DNA from: a candidate division FCPU426 bacterium
GTDB taxonomy: Bacteria; Oederibacteriota; Muellerivitia; Muellerivitales; Muellerivitaceae
Direction of reading: 5' to 3'
Assembly (NCBI GenBank): GCA_963830915.1
Contig: CAWHOE010000005.1
Location: forward strand, 1 to 64,000
Length of the DNA: 64,000 nucleotides
Below, piece after piece: positions 49,398 to 62,965 of this stretch. A program made the translations under genes and the position numbers. The notes under the pieces were generated by a model, which worked only from the letters and a program-made list of their open reading frames with translations, ran no database searches and was not told the DNA's origin. The first letter of the stretch is position 1; each line of letters opens with the position of its first letter.

Positions 49398-50249
49398 TTA
49401 ATCGGCCCCGGCCTTCTTTTCCACGGGTTCCTTGTTCCACAGGTCATCATGCCCGAAATATCTGCCGACTCGTTCGAATTTATCGTTCTTCCATTGATAA
49501 ATGTCATAGCGCTGGATCTCAGGCTTTTCGGATCCGTCATACACTTTCATCTCGATGAGTTTGTCCTTCAGATCGGCCGGATATTGGCTGAGGGCTTTCG
49601 AATCGACGATCTCCATCCAGCTGTCCCGATTGAGGTCAAAGGCGGCCCAACCCCCATGGTATCCGGCCAAACTGACCAGCGGCTGTAAGGTACCGTTCTT
49701 TTGAAGCCGGTAAAGACGGTCCGAGTGGTTGCCTTGAACGCAGGCTGATTCGCGGGTCATGATCAAGGTCGGCGCTTGAGGGCCAAGTTGAACCAGCCCA
49801 ATATCGCTGCATAAGATCAGTTCCAACAGGGGCTTCAAGCCCGAGGGCTGAAGAAGGAAAAGGACCGTGTCATGGTTCATTTCGGAGATCCTGTACTTGG
49901 CGCAAACGATGGTCTGACCCTCCACCATCGCTTCATATAAAAGATCGAGTTTGGCGGGCGGCGCCACCTCGGGAAGCCCTAATTTTACCCCGTCCCCCAG
50001 GGAAAGCTTTTTGTCCCAATGCCGAACGGGAAAAGGATGGCTTTGGCGCAGGTATAGTTCAGGGACGTTTTTCAGCCAGGCGGGAAGCTTTTCGTTTTGC
50101 GTCTTGATCCACTCTTGGACAACTTGCGCCTGTGTCGTCTGGCCGCGGGCGGGTAACACGGAAAGAATGAATGAGCCAAAGAGCAGGGCCAGGATGAATA
50201 CCGTTCTTTGGGCCGACCTTTTTCGGGGCGTGAGGAAGTTTTTCGGCAT
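49398..50249 (-). CDS. Secreted hypothetical protein
   Basis: Long ORF with a signal peptide. Confidence 0.7.
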   Translation of the reverse strand: MPKNFLTPRKRSAQRTVFILALLFGSFILSVLPARGQTTQAQVVQEWIKTQNEKLPAWLKNVPELYLRQSHPFPVRHWDKKLSLGDGVKLGLPEVAPPAKLDLLYEAMVEGQTIVCAKYRISEMNHDTVLFLLQPSGLKPLLELILCSDIGLVQLGPQAPTLIMTRESACVQGNHSDRLYRLQKNGTLQPLVSLAGYHGGWAAFDLNRDSWMEIVDSKALSQYPADLKDKLIEMKVYDGSEKPEIQRYDIYQWKNDKFERVGRYFGHDDLWNKEPVEKKAGAD

Positions 50250-50532
50250 TGAACGATAGGGTGGCGGCTGAAATATCTCTCATCCTCATAAGTTTCCCCT
50301 GTTTGTTTTTTAACGGCAATAAAAAGGGCCCGGCGATCCGTCAAAATCGCCGACCATCAACTTCGTTGGACATTATAAACCAAAGAGACAAATAAACCCT
50401 GTTTTCCCTGAAACCCAAGGAAAGTTCATTTGTTCGTAAACTTTCCCCGTCCTTCAACTTATTTACAAAACCACACTGGGGGGTTACATTGAACGGCGGT
50501 CCTGAAAGACCAAAACGACAAAGGAACCTCAA

Positions 50533-51789
50533 GTGCCTGAACAGACTTCCAAATTGAAGTGGGTCTCGGTCTATCTGGCCCTTTGCGTCCTGCCCCTTTT
50601 CGTCTATTTCCTGCCCATCCTTCCCGCTTTTACCGCCCATAAGTCGGTCACCAGCCTGTTCATCTACATCCCGGACCTTTGCCTGCTGTTGACCGCCTTG
50701 CTGGGCTGGCAGATCAAGCAGACCCGCATCTTCTGGGCCGCCCTGTCGGTCCTGGGCCTCTACCACTACCTTCTCCACCCTTCTTCCCTCACCCCCACCG
50801 ACAACGCCCGTCTGGTGGCCTTCCCCATCCTGACCGTGGGCCTGCCCCTTTATTTCTCCATCCTCTTCACCATCAAGGAAAGCAAACTGGCCAGCGACCA
50901 CACGGTGAGCCGGCTTCTGCTTGCCTTCTTCCCCCTGATCCTGTTGGTGGCCCTCTACGGTTGGGCGCCCGACATCCCCCCTAAGATCCTTTATTGGAGC
51001 GTCCTATCCAACAAGGCCTCGGGCTGGCCGGAATTTTGCGCCCTCTCCTTCGCCCTGCTCGGCCTGGTGGCTTATAAGCTGGAAGACCCCAAGATCAAAT
51101 CGTTCCTGACCGCCTTCCTTATTGGGATGGTCCCTCTTTACCTGGGCCTCTATGTGGGACTGGTTCCCAACCCCTTAAGGAGCCAAGCGGAGATCAGTTT
51201 CCACATCATCTTTTCCTATTCCCTTCTTTCCATCGTGTTCCTCCACGCCATCCTCCACATGTACTGGCGCCGGGTCTACCAGGACGCCCTGACCACCATC
51301 CCCAACCGTCAGGCCCTGGACGACCATCTGCACACCCTGGCCGGGCATTTCGTCCTGGCGATGGTGGACATCGACCACTTCAAGAAATTCAACGACTCCT
51401 ACGGCCACGCGGAGGGCGACAACGTGCTGAGGATGGTGGCCCAGCACCTGCAATCCCACCTTGGCCAGAAGGTCTACCGTTACGGGGGCGAGGAATTTTG
51501 CGTGGTTTTCGAGGAGGCGGGCCTGAAGGAAGCGGAAAAGATGATGGATGAGGCCAGGGCCCAATTGGAAAAGCGGGATTTCGTCATCAGGACCCACCGC
51601 CGGCGCACGGGCGAGGAAAAAGAGGGCAAGGGCAAGGATATGCTGGATTCAAAAGTGAGGATCACCATCAGCGTGGGGGTGGCGCAGGCCGACAAGAAGG
51701 CGGCGCATTTTCACGAGGTCATCAAGAACGCCGACCAGGCCCTTTATAAGGCCAAATCCAAGGGCCGCAACCGGGTAGTCGTTAACTGA
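50533..51789 (+). CDS. Membrane-bound diguanylate cyclase
   Basis: DALTTIPNR, DIDHFKKFND, RYGGEEF and ADQALYKAK. Confidence 0.95.
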   Translation: MPEQTSKLKWVSVYLALCVLPLFVYFLPILPAFTAHKSVTSLFIYIPDLCLLLTALLGWQIKQTRIFWAALSVLGLYHYLLHPSSLTPTDNARLVAFPILTVGLPLYFSILFTIKESKLASDHTVSRLLLAFFPLILLVALYGWAPDIPPKILYWSVLSNKASGWPEFCALSFALLGLVAYKLEDPKIKSFLTAFLIGMVPLYLGLYVGLVPNPLRSQAEISFHIIFSYSLLSIVFLHAILHMYWRRVYQDALTTIPNRQALDDHLHTLAGHFVLAMVDIDHFKKFNDSYGHAEGDNVLRMVAQHLQSHLGQKVYRYGGEEFCVVFEEAGLKEAEKMMDEARAQLEKRDFVIRTHRRRTGEEKEGKGKDMLDSKVRITISVGVAQADKKAAHFHEVIKNADQALYKAKSKGRNRVVVN

Positions 51790-51807
51790 CCGACGAACGG
51801 CATTGAA

Positions 51808-52120
51808 CCACCATGCCGACCTTCCAATAGATAATTAATGAGGTCGGTATAGTACCGATTTCTATATTGATTCATTTGGAAAATCGGCACAAGGGCACCA
51901 AGACACCAAGACACCCAAAAACTCTTAATGGTTAAACATAAAGGCATTTCTAAAATTGCCCATTTGCTGTTCTGACATCAAAACCAAATATTTTTCTTTG
52001 ATTAAATGTATTCTTGGTGAACTTGGTGCCCTTGTGCCGATTTCCCAATTAATTAAATATAGGAAATCGGTACTATACCGACCTCTTTAAAATATTTTTA
52101 ATAGAAGGTCGGCATGGTGG
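51808..52120. repeat. Large inverted repeat (~100-bp arms), each arm containing the double-hairpin element
   Basis: Left arm is the near reverse complement of the right arm; lies between convergent genes. Confidence 0.9.
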
Positions 52121-52183
52121 TAATAAAGCCTTAAGCTTTTTGCAGGAACCAAGAAAGTCGACTTGGTGGTTAAACAGCCGTGG

Positions 52184-53597
52184 TTAGCACTTGTTGAGTT
52201 CGAGGCTGTACTTCTCCGTCTCCTCATCGAACGCCACCGGATATTTGGCCGTGAAGCAGGCCGTGCAATGGCCCTGCGGGGTCCCTTCCACCGCTTTCAT
52301 CATGCCGGCCACCGATAGATAGGACAGGCTGTCCACCCTCAGGTAATTCTTCGTCTCTTCCAAGGTATGGGTCGCGGCGATCAGTTCCTTCCGGCTGGGG
52401 AAATCCATCCCGTAAAAGCAGGGCGAGATGATGGGGGGAGAGGTGATGCGCAGGTGGATCTCCTTGGCCCCGGCGATGCGCAGCATCTTCACGATCTTGC
52501 GCATGGTGGTTCCCCGCACGATGGAGTCGTCGATGAGGATGACCCTCTTGCCGTTGATGGATTCCTTGACCGGGTTGTATTTCAGCCTGGCCCCGAAGTC
52601 GCGGATGGACTGGTCCGGTTCGATGAAGGTGCGGCCGATGTAATGGTTGCGGATGAGCCCCAGCTCGTAGGGGATTCTGGATTCTTCCGAATACCCGGTC
52701 GCCGCCATGTTGGACGAGTCGGGCACGGGGACCACCACATCCCCTTCCACGAAGGCCTCCTGGGCCAGGATATGGCCGAGGCGCTTGCGGACCTTCTGGA
52801 CGCTGGTGTTGAAGATGCGGGAATCGGGGCGCGAGAAATAGATGTACTCGAAGATGCACATGGAGTGGGTGGTTCTCGAAGGGCTTGATGGAGACCAGCC
52901 CGTTCTCATTGATGAGCACGATCTCGCCCGGTTCCACGTCCCGGACGTACTTGGCGTCGATGATGTCGAAGGCGCAGGTCTCGCTGGCCAGGACCCAGGA
53001 GTCGTCCAGCTTGCCCAGGGCGAGCGGACGGAACCCGTTCGGGTCCCTCATGCCCAGCATGCCGTCGTCGGACAGGATCAGGAGCGAGTAGGCGCCCCGG
53101 ACGTATTTGAGGGACTCGATCAGGCTCTCGATGAGGGTGTGGCTGTTGTTGCGGGCCAAAAGATGCACGATGACTTCCGAGTCGACGGTGGAGACGAAGA
53201 TGGAACCCCGGGCCTCCAGCTCGTCGCGGATGCGGCGGGCGTTGACCAGGTTGCCGTTATGGGCGATGGCGATGCTTCCCCGGGAATACTCGACCGCGAT
53301 GGGCTGGGCGTTGCGGATTTGCGAGGAGCCGGTGGTGGAATAGCGGACGTGCCCGATGGCGGTCTTGCCCGGCAGTTCCCGGAACACGCTCTCGGTGAAG
53401 ATATCGGCGACCAGGCCCATGCGCTTGTGGTTGAAGAGATGTCCGTTATCCATGGTGCAGATACCGGCCGATTCCTGGCCCCGGTGCTGGAGCGAATGGA
53501 GGCCCAGATAGGTCAGCTTGGCCGCCTCGGCGTGGCCGTAGATCCCGAAAACTCCGCACTGGTCGTGGGGCTTGTCATCATCGAGAAAATGGGCCAA
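52184..53597 (-). CDS. purF: Amidophosphoribosyltransferase (one frameshift near 52870)
   Basis: CGVFG, LQHRGQESAG, CIFEYIYFSRPDS and DDSIVRGTT. Confidence 0.97.
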
Positions 53598-53618
53598 GGA
53601 AAGTCCTTTTTACGTCTG

Positions 53619-55835
<2,217 letters not shown>

Positions 55836-55839
<4 letters not shown>

Positions 55840-56537
55840 CGGGCGGCTCCCGCGAAGGATTGGATGATGGACTTCCAGATATATTGGCCGTCATGGCTCC
55901 CGATCATGTCCTCGCCCGAGCGGTCGGGGTGGGGCATAAGGCCGAATACGTTGCGCTTCTCGTTGCAGATGCCCGCGATATTCTCCAGCGAGCCGTTGGG
56001 GTTGGATCCGGGGGTGACCTGGCCGGTCTCGTCGCAGTAGCGGACCACCACCTGGTTGTTCGCCTTGAGTTTCTTCATGCCCTCGGAGTCGATGAAATAG
56101 CTCCCTTCCCCGTGGGCGATGGGCAGTTTCAACACCTGCCCCTTTTGGCAGGCGCCGGTGAAGGGGGTATCGGTCCTTTCGACCAGGTTGTAGACGTTGC
56201 GGCAGGAGAACTGCAGGCTCTTGTTGCGGATGAGGGCGCCGGGCAATAGGCCCGCCTCGCAGAGGATCTGGAAACCGTTGCAGATGCCGATGACCAGCCC
56301 GCCCTTCTTGGCGAACTCGTCGACCGACTTCATGACGGGGGAAAAGCGGGCGATGGCGCCGGTGCGCAGGTAATCGCCGTAGGAGAAGCCCCCCGGCACC
56401 ACCACGCAATCGGGCTTTCTCAGGTCGGTCTCTTTATGCCAGACCATCTCCACGTCCTGGCCCATGACGTCCTTGATGACCCACTCGCAATCGTGATCGC
56501 AGTTGGAACCCGGGAATACGGTGACGGAGAACCTCAC
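55836..56537 (-). CDS. purQ: FGAM synthase glutaminase subunit
   Basis: [24 protein letters not shown] and MPHP. Confidence 0.97.
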
Positions 56538-56788
56538 TTTTTCTCCACCGTGAAGCGATAGGACTCGATATTGGGGTTGGCCAGCAGTTTGTCGCAGATC
56601 TCGTCGGTCAATTTCTTCACCTCAGCCTCGGACAGGGCCCCGTCGATCTCCATCTCGGTGAATTTGCCCATCCGGACGCTCTCCACGCTCTTGTAGCCCA
56701 TGGAGTTCAGGGCCCTTTGGACGGTGGCGCCCTGGGGGTCCATGACGGAAGGTTTGAGGGTCACGAAAACATTCACATGCCAGGCCAT
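56534..56788 (-). CDS. purS: FGAM synthase PurS subunit
   Basis: [10 protein letters not shown]...LLANPNIE. Confidence 0.95.
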   Translation of the reverse strand: MAWHVNVFVTLKPSVMDPQGATVQRALNSMGYKSVESVRMGKFTEMEIDGALSEAEVKKLTDEICDKLLANPNIESYRFTVEKK

Positions 56789-56811
56789 AAAAGCTCCTTA
56801 CCTTACTTTTT

Positions 56812-58107
56812 CTAAAGTATGCCAGCGCGCTTCAGGATGAAATCCACGTTCTTCAAATGGTGCGACAGGTCGAAGCATTTCTCCAGCTCGGCGGAGGACA
56901 GGCGGTCGGTGACTTCCGGCTCCTGTTGGATCAAATGCTTGAAATTCAGCTCGTTCTTCCAGGCGTTCAGGGCGTTGCGTTGGACGATGGCGTAGGCCTT
57001 CTCCCGGGTCAAACCCTTGTTCACCAGCGCCAGGAGCACCTTCTGGGAGGAGACCAGGCCCCGGGTCAATTGGATGTTCTTCTTCATGCGGTCCGGATAG
57101 ACGTTGAGGTTCTCCATCACGTCGGTGAACTTGTGGAGCATATAGTTCAGCAGGATGGTGGCGTCCGGCAGGATGACGCGCTCGGCGGAGGAGTGGGTGA
57201 TGTCCCGCTCGTGCCACAGGGCCACGTTCTCCTGGGCGCTGATGGCGTATCCCCTCATGACCCTGGCCAACCCGGCCACCCTCTCGGCGGTCAGGGGGTT
57301 GCGCTTGTGGGGCATGGCGGAGGAACCCTTCTGGCCCTCGGCGAAATATTCCTCGGCTTCCAGGATCTCGGTGCGTTGGAGGTTGCGGATCTCGGTCGCG
57401 AATTTTTCCAGGGAGGAGGCGATGACCGCCAGGACCGAGAGGAAAAAGGCGTGACGGTCCCTCTGCAGGGTCTGGGTGGAGACGGGGGCGGGCTTGAGCC
57501 CCAGGAGCTTGCAGACCTGCTGTTCGACCCGGGGGTCGATGTTGGCGAAGGTGCCGACCGCGCCGGAGACCTTTCCGACGGCGATCTGTTCCCCGGCCAG
57601 CTTCAGCCGCTCGATCTGGCGGCTGACCTCGTCATACCAGAGGGCCATCTTCAGGCCGAAGGTGACGGGCTCGGCGTGGACCCCGTGGGTCCGGCCGATC
57701 ATGATGGAGTTGCGGTGCTTCAGGGCCTGCTTTTTGAGGACTTTGCGCAGGTCGACCAGCTGTTCCATCAGGATGGCCGCCGCGGCGGTCAACTGGATGG
57801 CCTGGGCGGTGTCCACCACGTCGGTGGAGGTCAGCCCCAGATGGATGAACCGGGAGGAGGGGCCGACATTCTCGGCCACCGAGGTCAGGAAGGAGATCAG
57901 GTCGTGGTTGGTCTTGCGCTCGATGGCCTCGATGCGTTTGACGGAGAATTTGGCTTTTTTCTTGATGACGGCCAGGTCTTTTTTCGGGATCTTTCCCAGT
58001 TTGGCCCAGGCTTCGCAGGCCGCGACCTCCACCTTCAGCCAGGACTCGTACTTGGCCTGTTCGGACCAAATGTTCCCCATCGCCGGTAAGGTGTATCGAG
58101 AGATCAA
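56812..58107 (-). CDS. purB: Adenylosuccinate lyase
   Basis: MISRY (TTG start), [10 protein letters not shown] and [11 protein letters not shown]. Confidence 0.97.
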   Translation of the reverse strand: MISRYTLPAMGNIWSEQAKYESWLKVEVAACEAWAKLGKIPKKDLAVIKKKAKFSVKRIEAIERKTNHDLISFLTSVAENVGPSSRFIHLGLTSTDVVDTAQAIQLTAAAAILMEQLVDLRKVLKKQALKHRNSIMIGRTHGVHAEPVTFGLKMALWYDEVSRQIERLKLAGEQIAVGKVSGAVGTFANIDPRVEQQVCKLLGLKPAPVSTQTLQRDRHAFFLSVLAVIASSLEKFATEIRNLQRTEILEAEEYFAEGQKGSSAMPHKRNPLTAERVAGLARVMRGYAISAQENVALWHERDITHSSAERVILPDATILLNYMLHKFTDVMENLNVYPDRMKKNIQLTRGLVSSQKVLLALVNKGLTREKAYAIVQRNALNAWKNELNFKHLIQQEPEVTDRLSSAELEKCFDLSHHLKNVDFILKRAGIL

Positions 58108-58278
58108 GAAAAGCCCTCCAGGAAAAATGAATTCCACGCCGGTCGGGATGCCCCGGCCGGAAAACGAGAAGAACATAACGATTCAAAGCGTGAGCGAGGG
58201 AAAGGAGGAGAAATGTGGACACAGTATAAAAGACTTTGAAAATTCTACCAACTAAAAACGGTCAGGACAAAAGGACGG

Positions 58279-58500
58279 TCAAACCGCCACGACCTCGACC
58301 ACTTCCGGGATCTGTTCCATCATCAAGCGCTCGACGCCGCGTTTGAGGGTCATCATGGAGCTGGGACAGGAATGACAGGCGCCCTGGAGACGGACCCGGA
58401 CCACTCCCTCGGGAGTCACGTCCACCAACTCGATGTTGCCGCCGTCCGCCACCAGGATCGGACGGATCTCGCTCAGGACTGCCTCGATCTTTTCCCTCAT
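58279..58500 (-). CDS. NifU/NfuA-like Fe-S carrier
   Basis: IRPILVADGGNIELV...GACHSCPSS. Confidence 0.9.
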   Translation of the reverse strand: MREKIEAVLSEIRPILVADGGNIELVDVTPEGVVRVRLQGACHSCPSSMMTLKRGVERLMMEQIPEVVEVVAV

Positions 58501-58570
58501 AAACCTCTCCTTTGATATGAACCCATCTTATCAGGGTTTTTGTCCCGTCCTCAAGCCCGGTCGTTCCCTC

Positions 58571-59628
58571 TCACGGCTGGATGGCGATGGTTTTCCAGAG
58601 GGAAACGGTCGCGGACAGGCAGCGGACCGCCTCTTCCGATACGCTCAGCGTGCTTCCCCCCAGGCCGCAGGCGGTCGAGAAGAAGGACCTTCCCTGGAGG
58701 ACCTCGCGGGCCAGGCCTTTTTTCGCCAGCTCTTCCGACGCCCAAACCCATTTGTCCACCAACTCGGCCGGGTCGGCGAAATTCCCATGGGTCATGGAAG
58801 TGGGGACCAGCCCCCAGACCAGGTTCCCGCCCTTGCGGAGGTATTCCTTCAGACCGGAAGGGTCCTGCAACAGGTCGTCTAAATATTGGAAAGCGTCGAA
58901 ATGGAAGAATTCCACCGGGGTCTGGTAAGCCCATGTCCAGGGACCGGGACCGCAGCAATGGATGCCCGTCAGGGCTTCCTCCTCCTGCAGGGGCTCCAGG
59001 ATGGTCCGGAACATGCCCTGGATGTCATCCCAGCCCAAGCCGTATTCTTCCGGCTTGAATTTCCCGTTCAAGGAAGGCTCGTCGAGGAACAGGACCACCG
59101 GCTTGCCCAGGACGGACAGTTCCTTCAATTGCCACCGGCAATGCATCAGTAAATACTCCGTGAGGACTTCCATCGCTCCCCGGGAGGATAAAAGGGGTTT
59201 GCCGTTATCATCCTGCAGGGAAAGCGCCAGGCTGACCGGCCCCAGGGTCTGGCCCTTGACGGCCTGGACATTGGCGAAGAATTTTCGGTTGGCCGGATCC
59301 AGGAACGCGAAAAAGCCGGCGGCCTCATCGGCCTTGAAGGCGGCCCTTTCCAGGCGGTTCTCCTGGTTCTCGGTCCTGAGTACCTCGTGGGCCTCGGAAA
59401 GGTCCTCGGGAGAAAGGGCGAAAACGACCAGCCCGGCCGGGATGTGGTGATGCCGGGAAGGCCGGAAAGGCTTTGCACGTGGACCAGTTCTTTGGGGGAG
59501 CGTTTGGGGAGCTGGGGCCAAGCCGGCACCTCGGCGAATCCCTGCAGCTGCGCCCGGATGGCCGCCTGGGGATCGACCATCGGCAATGAGCCCACCGCCA
59601 TCCTGGCCCCTTCCCTCAATCCATCCAT
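58571..59628 (-). CDS. Core MetE-like (cobalamin-independent methionine synthase family) protein, one frameshift
   Basis: GSLP, WPQLPKRS, KGQTLGP, FLDEP, GIHCCG and ACGLG. Confidence 0.75.
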
Positions 59629-60389
59629 GCTTGATCCTTCCAGGGCCACTCGGCGAAATCCTTGAAGGTATGCCGGGCCGTCAGGTCAAGATGGAGCGGC
59701 GTCACCGAGATGAAATGTTCCCTCACCTTGGACACGTCCGAATCGGGGGTTTCCAGGTCCGGCAGGCTGGGGCTGTTGAGGACATACCGGTAATGGCCCT
59801 CCATCTCATGGTGGGGTTCCAGGTCGTCGATATGGCGGAACTGCCCTTGATGGGTCATGGCCGCGCCCTTGATGGCGTCCATCGTGAGCGGGGGCACATT
59901 GACGTTGAAAAGGATGTTGGAGGCCATCCCCCGTTCCCCGATCCATTCCACCATTTTGCGGGCGAACTTGGCGCTGGCGGTGAAATCCTGGTAGTCGTGG
60001 CTGGTCAGTGAGATGGCCACCGCCGGGATGCCCAGCAGGACCGCCTCGGCCGTGGCCGCGACCGTGCCCGAATAGAGGATGAGGGACCCGTAATTGGCGC
60101 CCTGGTTGATGCCCGAGAGGACCAGGTCCGGTTTCCAGGGCAGGAGCTTGAGGACCGCGGTACGCACGCAGTCCGCCGGCGTGCTGGAAATGGCGAAAGC
60201 CTGGGACGCGCCAGGCCAGTCGACCGATTGGACCTTGAAGGGGGTATGCAGGGAGATGGAATGGCCCGCGGCGCTTTTCTGCTTGTCCGGGGCCGAGAGG
60301 GCAATCTCGCCCAGGTCCCGGACGGCCTCAAAAAGCGCCCGGAGCCCGGGCGCCTGGATGCCGTCATCATTGGTGAGGAGGATTTTCAT
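59616..60389 (-). CDS. surE: 5'/3'-nucleotidase SurE
   Basis: ILLTNDDGI, TPADCV, SGINQGAN and YSGTVAA. Confidence 0.97.
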   Translation of the reverse strand: MKILLTNDDGIQAPGLRALFEAVRDLGEIALSAPDKQKSAAGHSISLHTPFKVQSVDWPGASQAFAISSTPADCVRTAVLKLLPWKPDLVLSGINQGANYGSLILYSGTVAATAEAVLLGIPAVAISLTSHDYQDFTASAKFARKMVEWIGERGMASNILFNVNVPPLTMDAIKGAAMTHQGQFRHIDDLEPHHEMEGHYRYVLNSPSLPDLETPDSDVSKVREHFISVTPLHLDLTARHTFKDFAEWPWKDQAWMD

Positions 60390-60453
60390 GCGCCCTAGGA
60401 TAGGACATCAGGGGCGCTGGGACAATGACCTTGATCCCGAATTTCAGGCCAGG

Positions 60454-62769
60454 TTAGAAAAGATCCCCCAGGTTGAAATGCAGCACCCCGCCCGGAGGGG
60501 CGGCCGCGGCGGACAGATGGGACGCGACCGGCCAGCCGTAATCCAGCCGGATGGCCATGACCGTTCCTGGGATGGTCAGGCGGAAACCCAGCCCGGACCC
60601 GAATTGCACTTGGGATTCGTCCAGGTTCCAGACGTTGCTCCAGGAATCGCCCGCGTCGAAGAAGACCACGAAGCGGAGGGGCCCGGCGATGGCGTGTTTC
60701 AACTCCGTGTTGGAAACGAACAGGGCGTTCCCTCCCGCCACCGGTCCCACGCTGCGCTCGTTGTAACCGCGGATGGTGTCGGTGCCGCCGGCGTAGAACT
60801 TCTCGTAGATCGGAACGTCCGTGTAGCCCCGTCCGGCGAACCAGTAACCCTGGGCCGCGCCGAAGCGGACATGCTCTCCCAGGACGAAACCCTGGGGAAG
60901 GGCGATGAAATGGCTGGTGTCCTCGATCTCCTTGATGAAGTTGGTGTCCATGCCCAGGGGACCGCCCGCGAACTCGATGGAGAACTGATGCTTCCATCCC
61001 GAGGTCGGGTCGAAATAGTTGTCCCGGCTGTCATAGACGATGCGGGGCGTGATACTGGACGTGGTGCTGTTGGAGGATTGGATGTACTGGGCGGTCCCGG
61101 GGATGTTGTAATAGGGACCCACGTCGTAGATCCGGACCCTTTCCAACAGGTAAGCCCCGAAGATGCTCCAGTAACGGTCCAAACGCCTTCCCACCGTGAT
61201 GGTACCCCCCAGCCGTTCCTCGGTATAGAACTGGGTCGACCCATAGGTCGGGTCCGCCACGGCGTTCGTGTAGATCTGGGTCGTGTAGAAAACATCCAAC
61301 CCGAAAGAGGTGCGGGTATTGAAAAGCCAGGGTTCGGTGAAACCGATATCGAAGCTGGTCTGGGAACCGCCGAATTGGACGTTCAGGCTGGCCCTCTGGC
61401 CTTTCCCGAACAGGTTGTCCTCGGAAAGCTTGACGTTGCCCACGAAGCCATCCACCGAGCTGTAACCGCCGCCCAGGCTGATGGAGCCGGTCCGTCTTTC
61501 CTTGACCCGGAAGATCAGGACTTCCTTGCCAGGCGTGTCGCCCGGTTCGACCTCCGGATTGACCTCGTCGAAGAACCCCAGGTTGTAAAGATTCTGGGCG
61601 GATAAACGGATCTTGTCCGCCTCGAACTTATCCCCCGCGTTGATGACCAACTCCCGGCGGATGACATAGTCCCGGGTCTTGTAGTTCCCGACGATCTTGA
61701 CATCCTGGACATAGGCCACCTGGCCCTCGGTGATCTCGAAAGTGATATCGGTCTTTTTCAACTCGTCGTCATAGGTGATGGTGGGGACGATATTGGAATA
61801 GATATAACCCTTATCGGCGTAGAGGGTCTTCATCTTCTTTTCGCCGTCATCCAGGTCGTTCTTATGGAGGATGTCGCCTTTTTTCAGGCCCAAGGCCTTG
61901 TTCAAGTCGTCATCATCGAAGACCACGTTGCCGTGGAATTGGGCCGTTCCCATCGTGTATTGGGACCCTTCCTTGACGGTCAGGAATATATAGACCTTCT
62001 TCCTCTCCTCGACCACTTTCTCGGCGTGGCTCAACACCACGGCCTTGAGATAGCCCTCGTTATGATAAAAGTCCTCGATCTGCTTGATCCCGTCCGCGAT
62101 CAGGTCCGGCTTGTACTTATCGCCCTCATGATTGTCCTTCATCTGGTTGGCCACTTTTTTCCCGCTGAAAACCTCCGCGCCCTTCACGATCACCCCGCCC
62201 ACCTTGATCTCCGAACCCTCGGTGATCTGGAAGGTCAGGGTCTCCTTGTTGGTCTCCGGGTCCAGCTGGTCCTTGGCCGATACCATGACCGAGGAGTAAC
62301 CCTCGTCCAGGTATAATTTCTTGATGATCTCGATATCGCCGTTCACCTTGGATTGATCGAAGGCCGTTTCCGGGGCGGTCTTGATCTCCTCCAGGAACTT
62401 TTTGGAATCCCACTTCTTGTTCCCGGCGAAAATGATCTTGCTGATGAGGGGTCTTTCCTCCACCGTGAAGGTCACGACGATCTCGCCCAGCTTGTCGGCC
62501 GGGGTGACCGTCACCTTGACGTTCTTGAAGCTTCCGGTCGCGAAAAGATTATGGATGTCCATCCGGGCGCGGCGAAGGGAGAACAGGTCCCCTTCCTTTT
62601 CCACCAAGTGGCCGAAAATGACCAGGGTCGAGACGTTCTTGTTCCCCTCGATCTTGACCGCGGCGATCTTTCCCAGTTCGGGGTCGACCTGGGCGAAAGC
62701 CGAAGCCGTCATCAGGCAGCACCAGAAAAAAAGCCAAAGGATGGCGCGTTTGTTGAAGAAAAAAGACAA
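60454..62769 (-). CDS. bamA: Outer membrane protein assembly factor BamA
   Basis: Five POTRA-like repeats, IRGY motif and terminal Phe. Confidence 0.95.
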   Translation of the reverse strand: MSFFFNKRAILWLFFWCCLMTASAFAQVDPELGKIAAVKIEGNKNVSTLVIFGHLVEKEGDLFSLRRARMDIHNLFATGSFKNVKVTVTPADKLGEIVVTFTVEERPLISKIIFAGNKKWDSKKFLEEIKTAPETAFDQSKVNGDIEIIKKLYLDEGYSSVMVSAKDQLDPETNKETLTFQITEGSEIKVGGVIVKGAEVFSGKKVANQMKDNHEGDKYKPDLIADGIKQIEDFYHNEGYLKAVVLSHAEKVVEERKKVYIFLTVKEGSQYTMGTAQFHGNVVFDDDDLNKALGLKKGDILHKNDLDDGEKKMKTLYADKGYIYSNIVPTITYDDELKKTDITFEITEGQVAYVQDVKIVGNYKTRDYVIRRELVINAGDKFEADKIRLSAQNLYNLGFFDEVNPEVEPGDTPGKEVLIFRVKERRTGSISLGGGYSSVDGFVGNVKLSEDNLFGKGQRASLNVQFGGSQTSFDIGFTEPWLFNTRTSFGLDVFYTTQIYTNAVADPTYGSTQFYTEERLGGTITVGRRLDRYWSIFGAYLLERVRIYDVGPYYNIPGTAQYIQSSNSTTSSITPRIVYDSRDNYFDPTSGWKHQFSIEFAGGPLGMDTNFIKEIEDTSHFIALPQGFVLGEHVRFGAAQGYWFAGRGYTDVPIYEKFYAGGTDTIRGYNERSVGPVAGGNALFVSNTELKHAIAGPLRFVVFFDAGDSWSNVWNLDESQVQFGSGLGFRLTIPGTVMAIRLDYGWPVASHLSAAAAPPGGVLHFNLGDLF

Positions 62770-62965
62770 AAGGATCCCTCCGAATGAATGTGTTCACCAG
62801 CCCAAAAGAGGCGGTTTCCTGGCGAGCAAAGGGGCGTATTCTAGCATGGTCAAAGTTAAATCGGCAATTGATTAACCAACATTGTTTGGACGTTTGAGGG
62901 GCTTGAAACGGGCATTGGGAGGAAAGAAACAACGCCGAAACACTATCCTGAGTTTTAAGCCGTTA

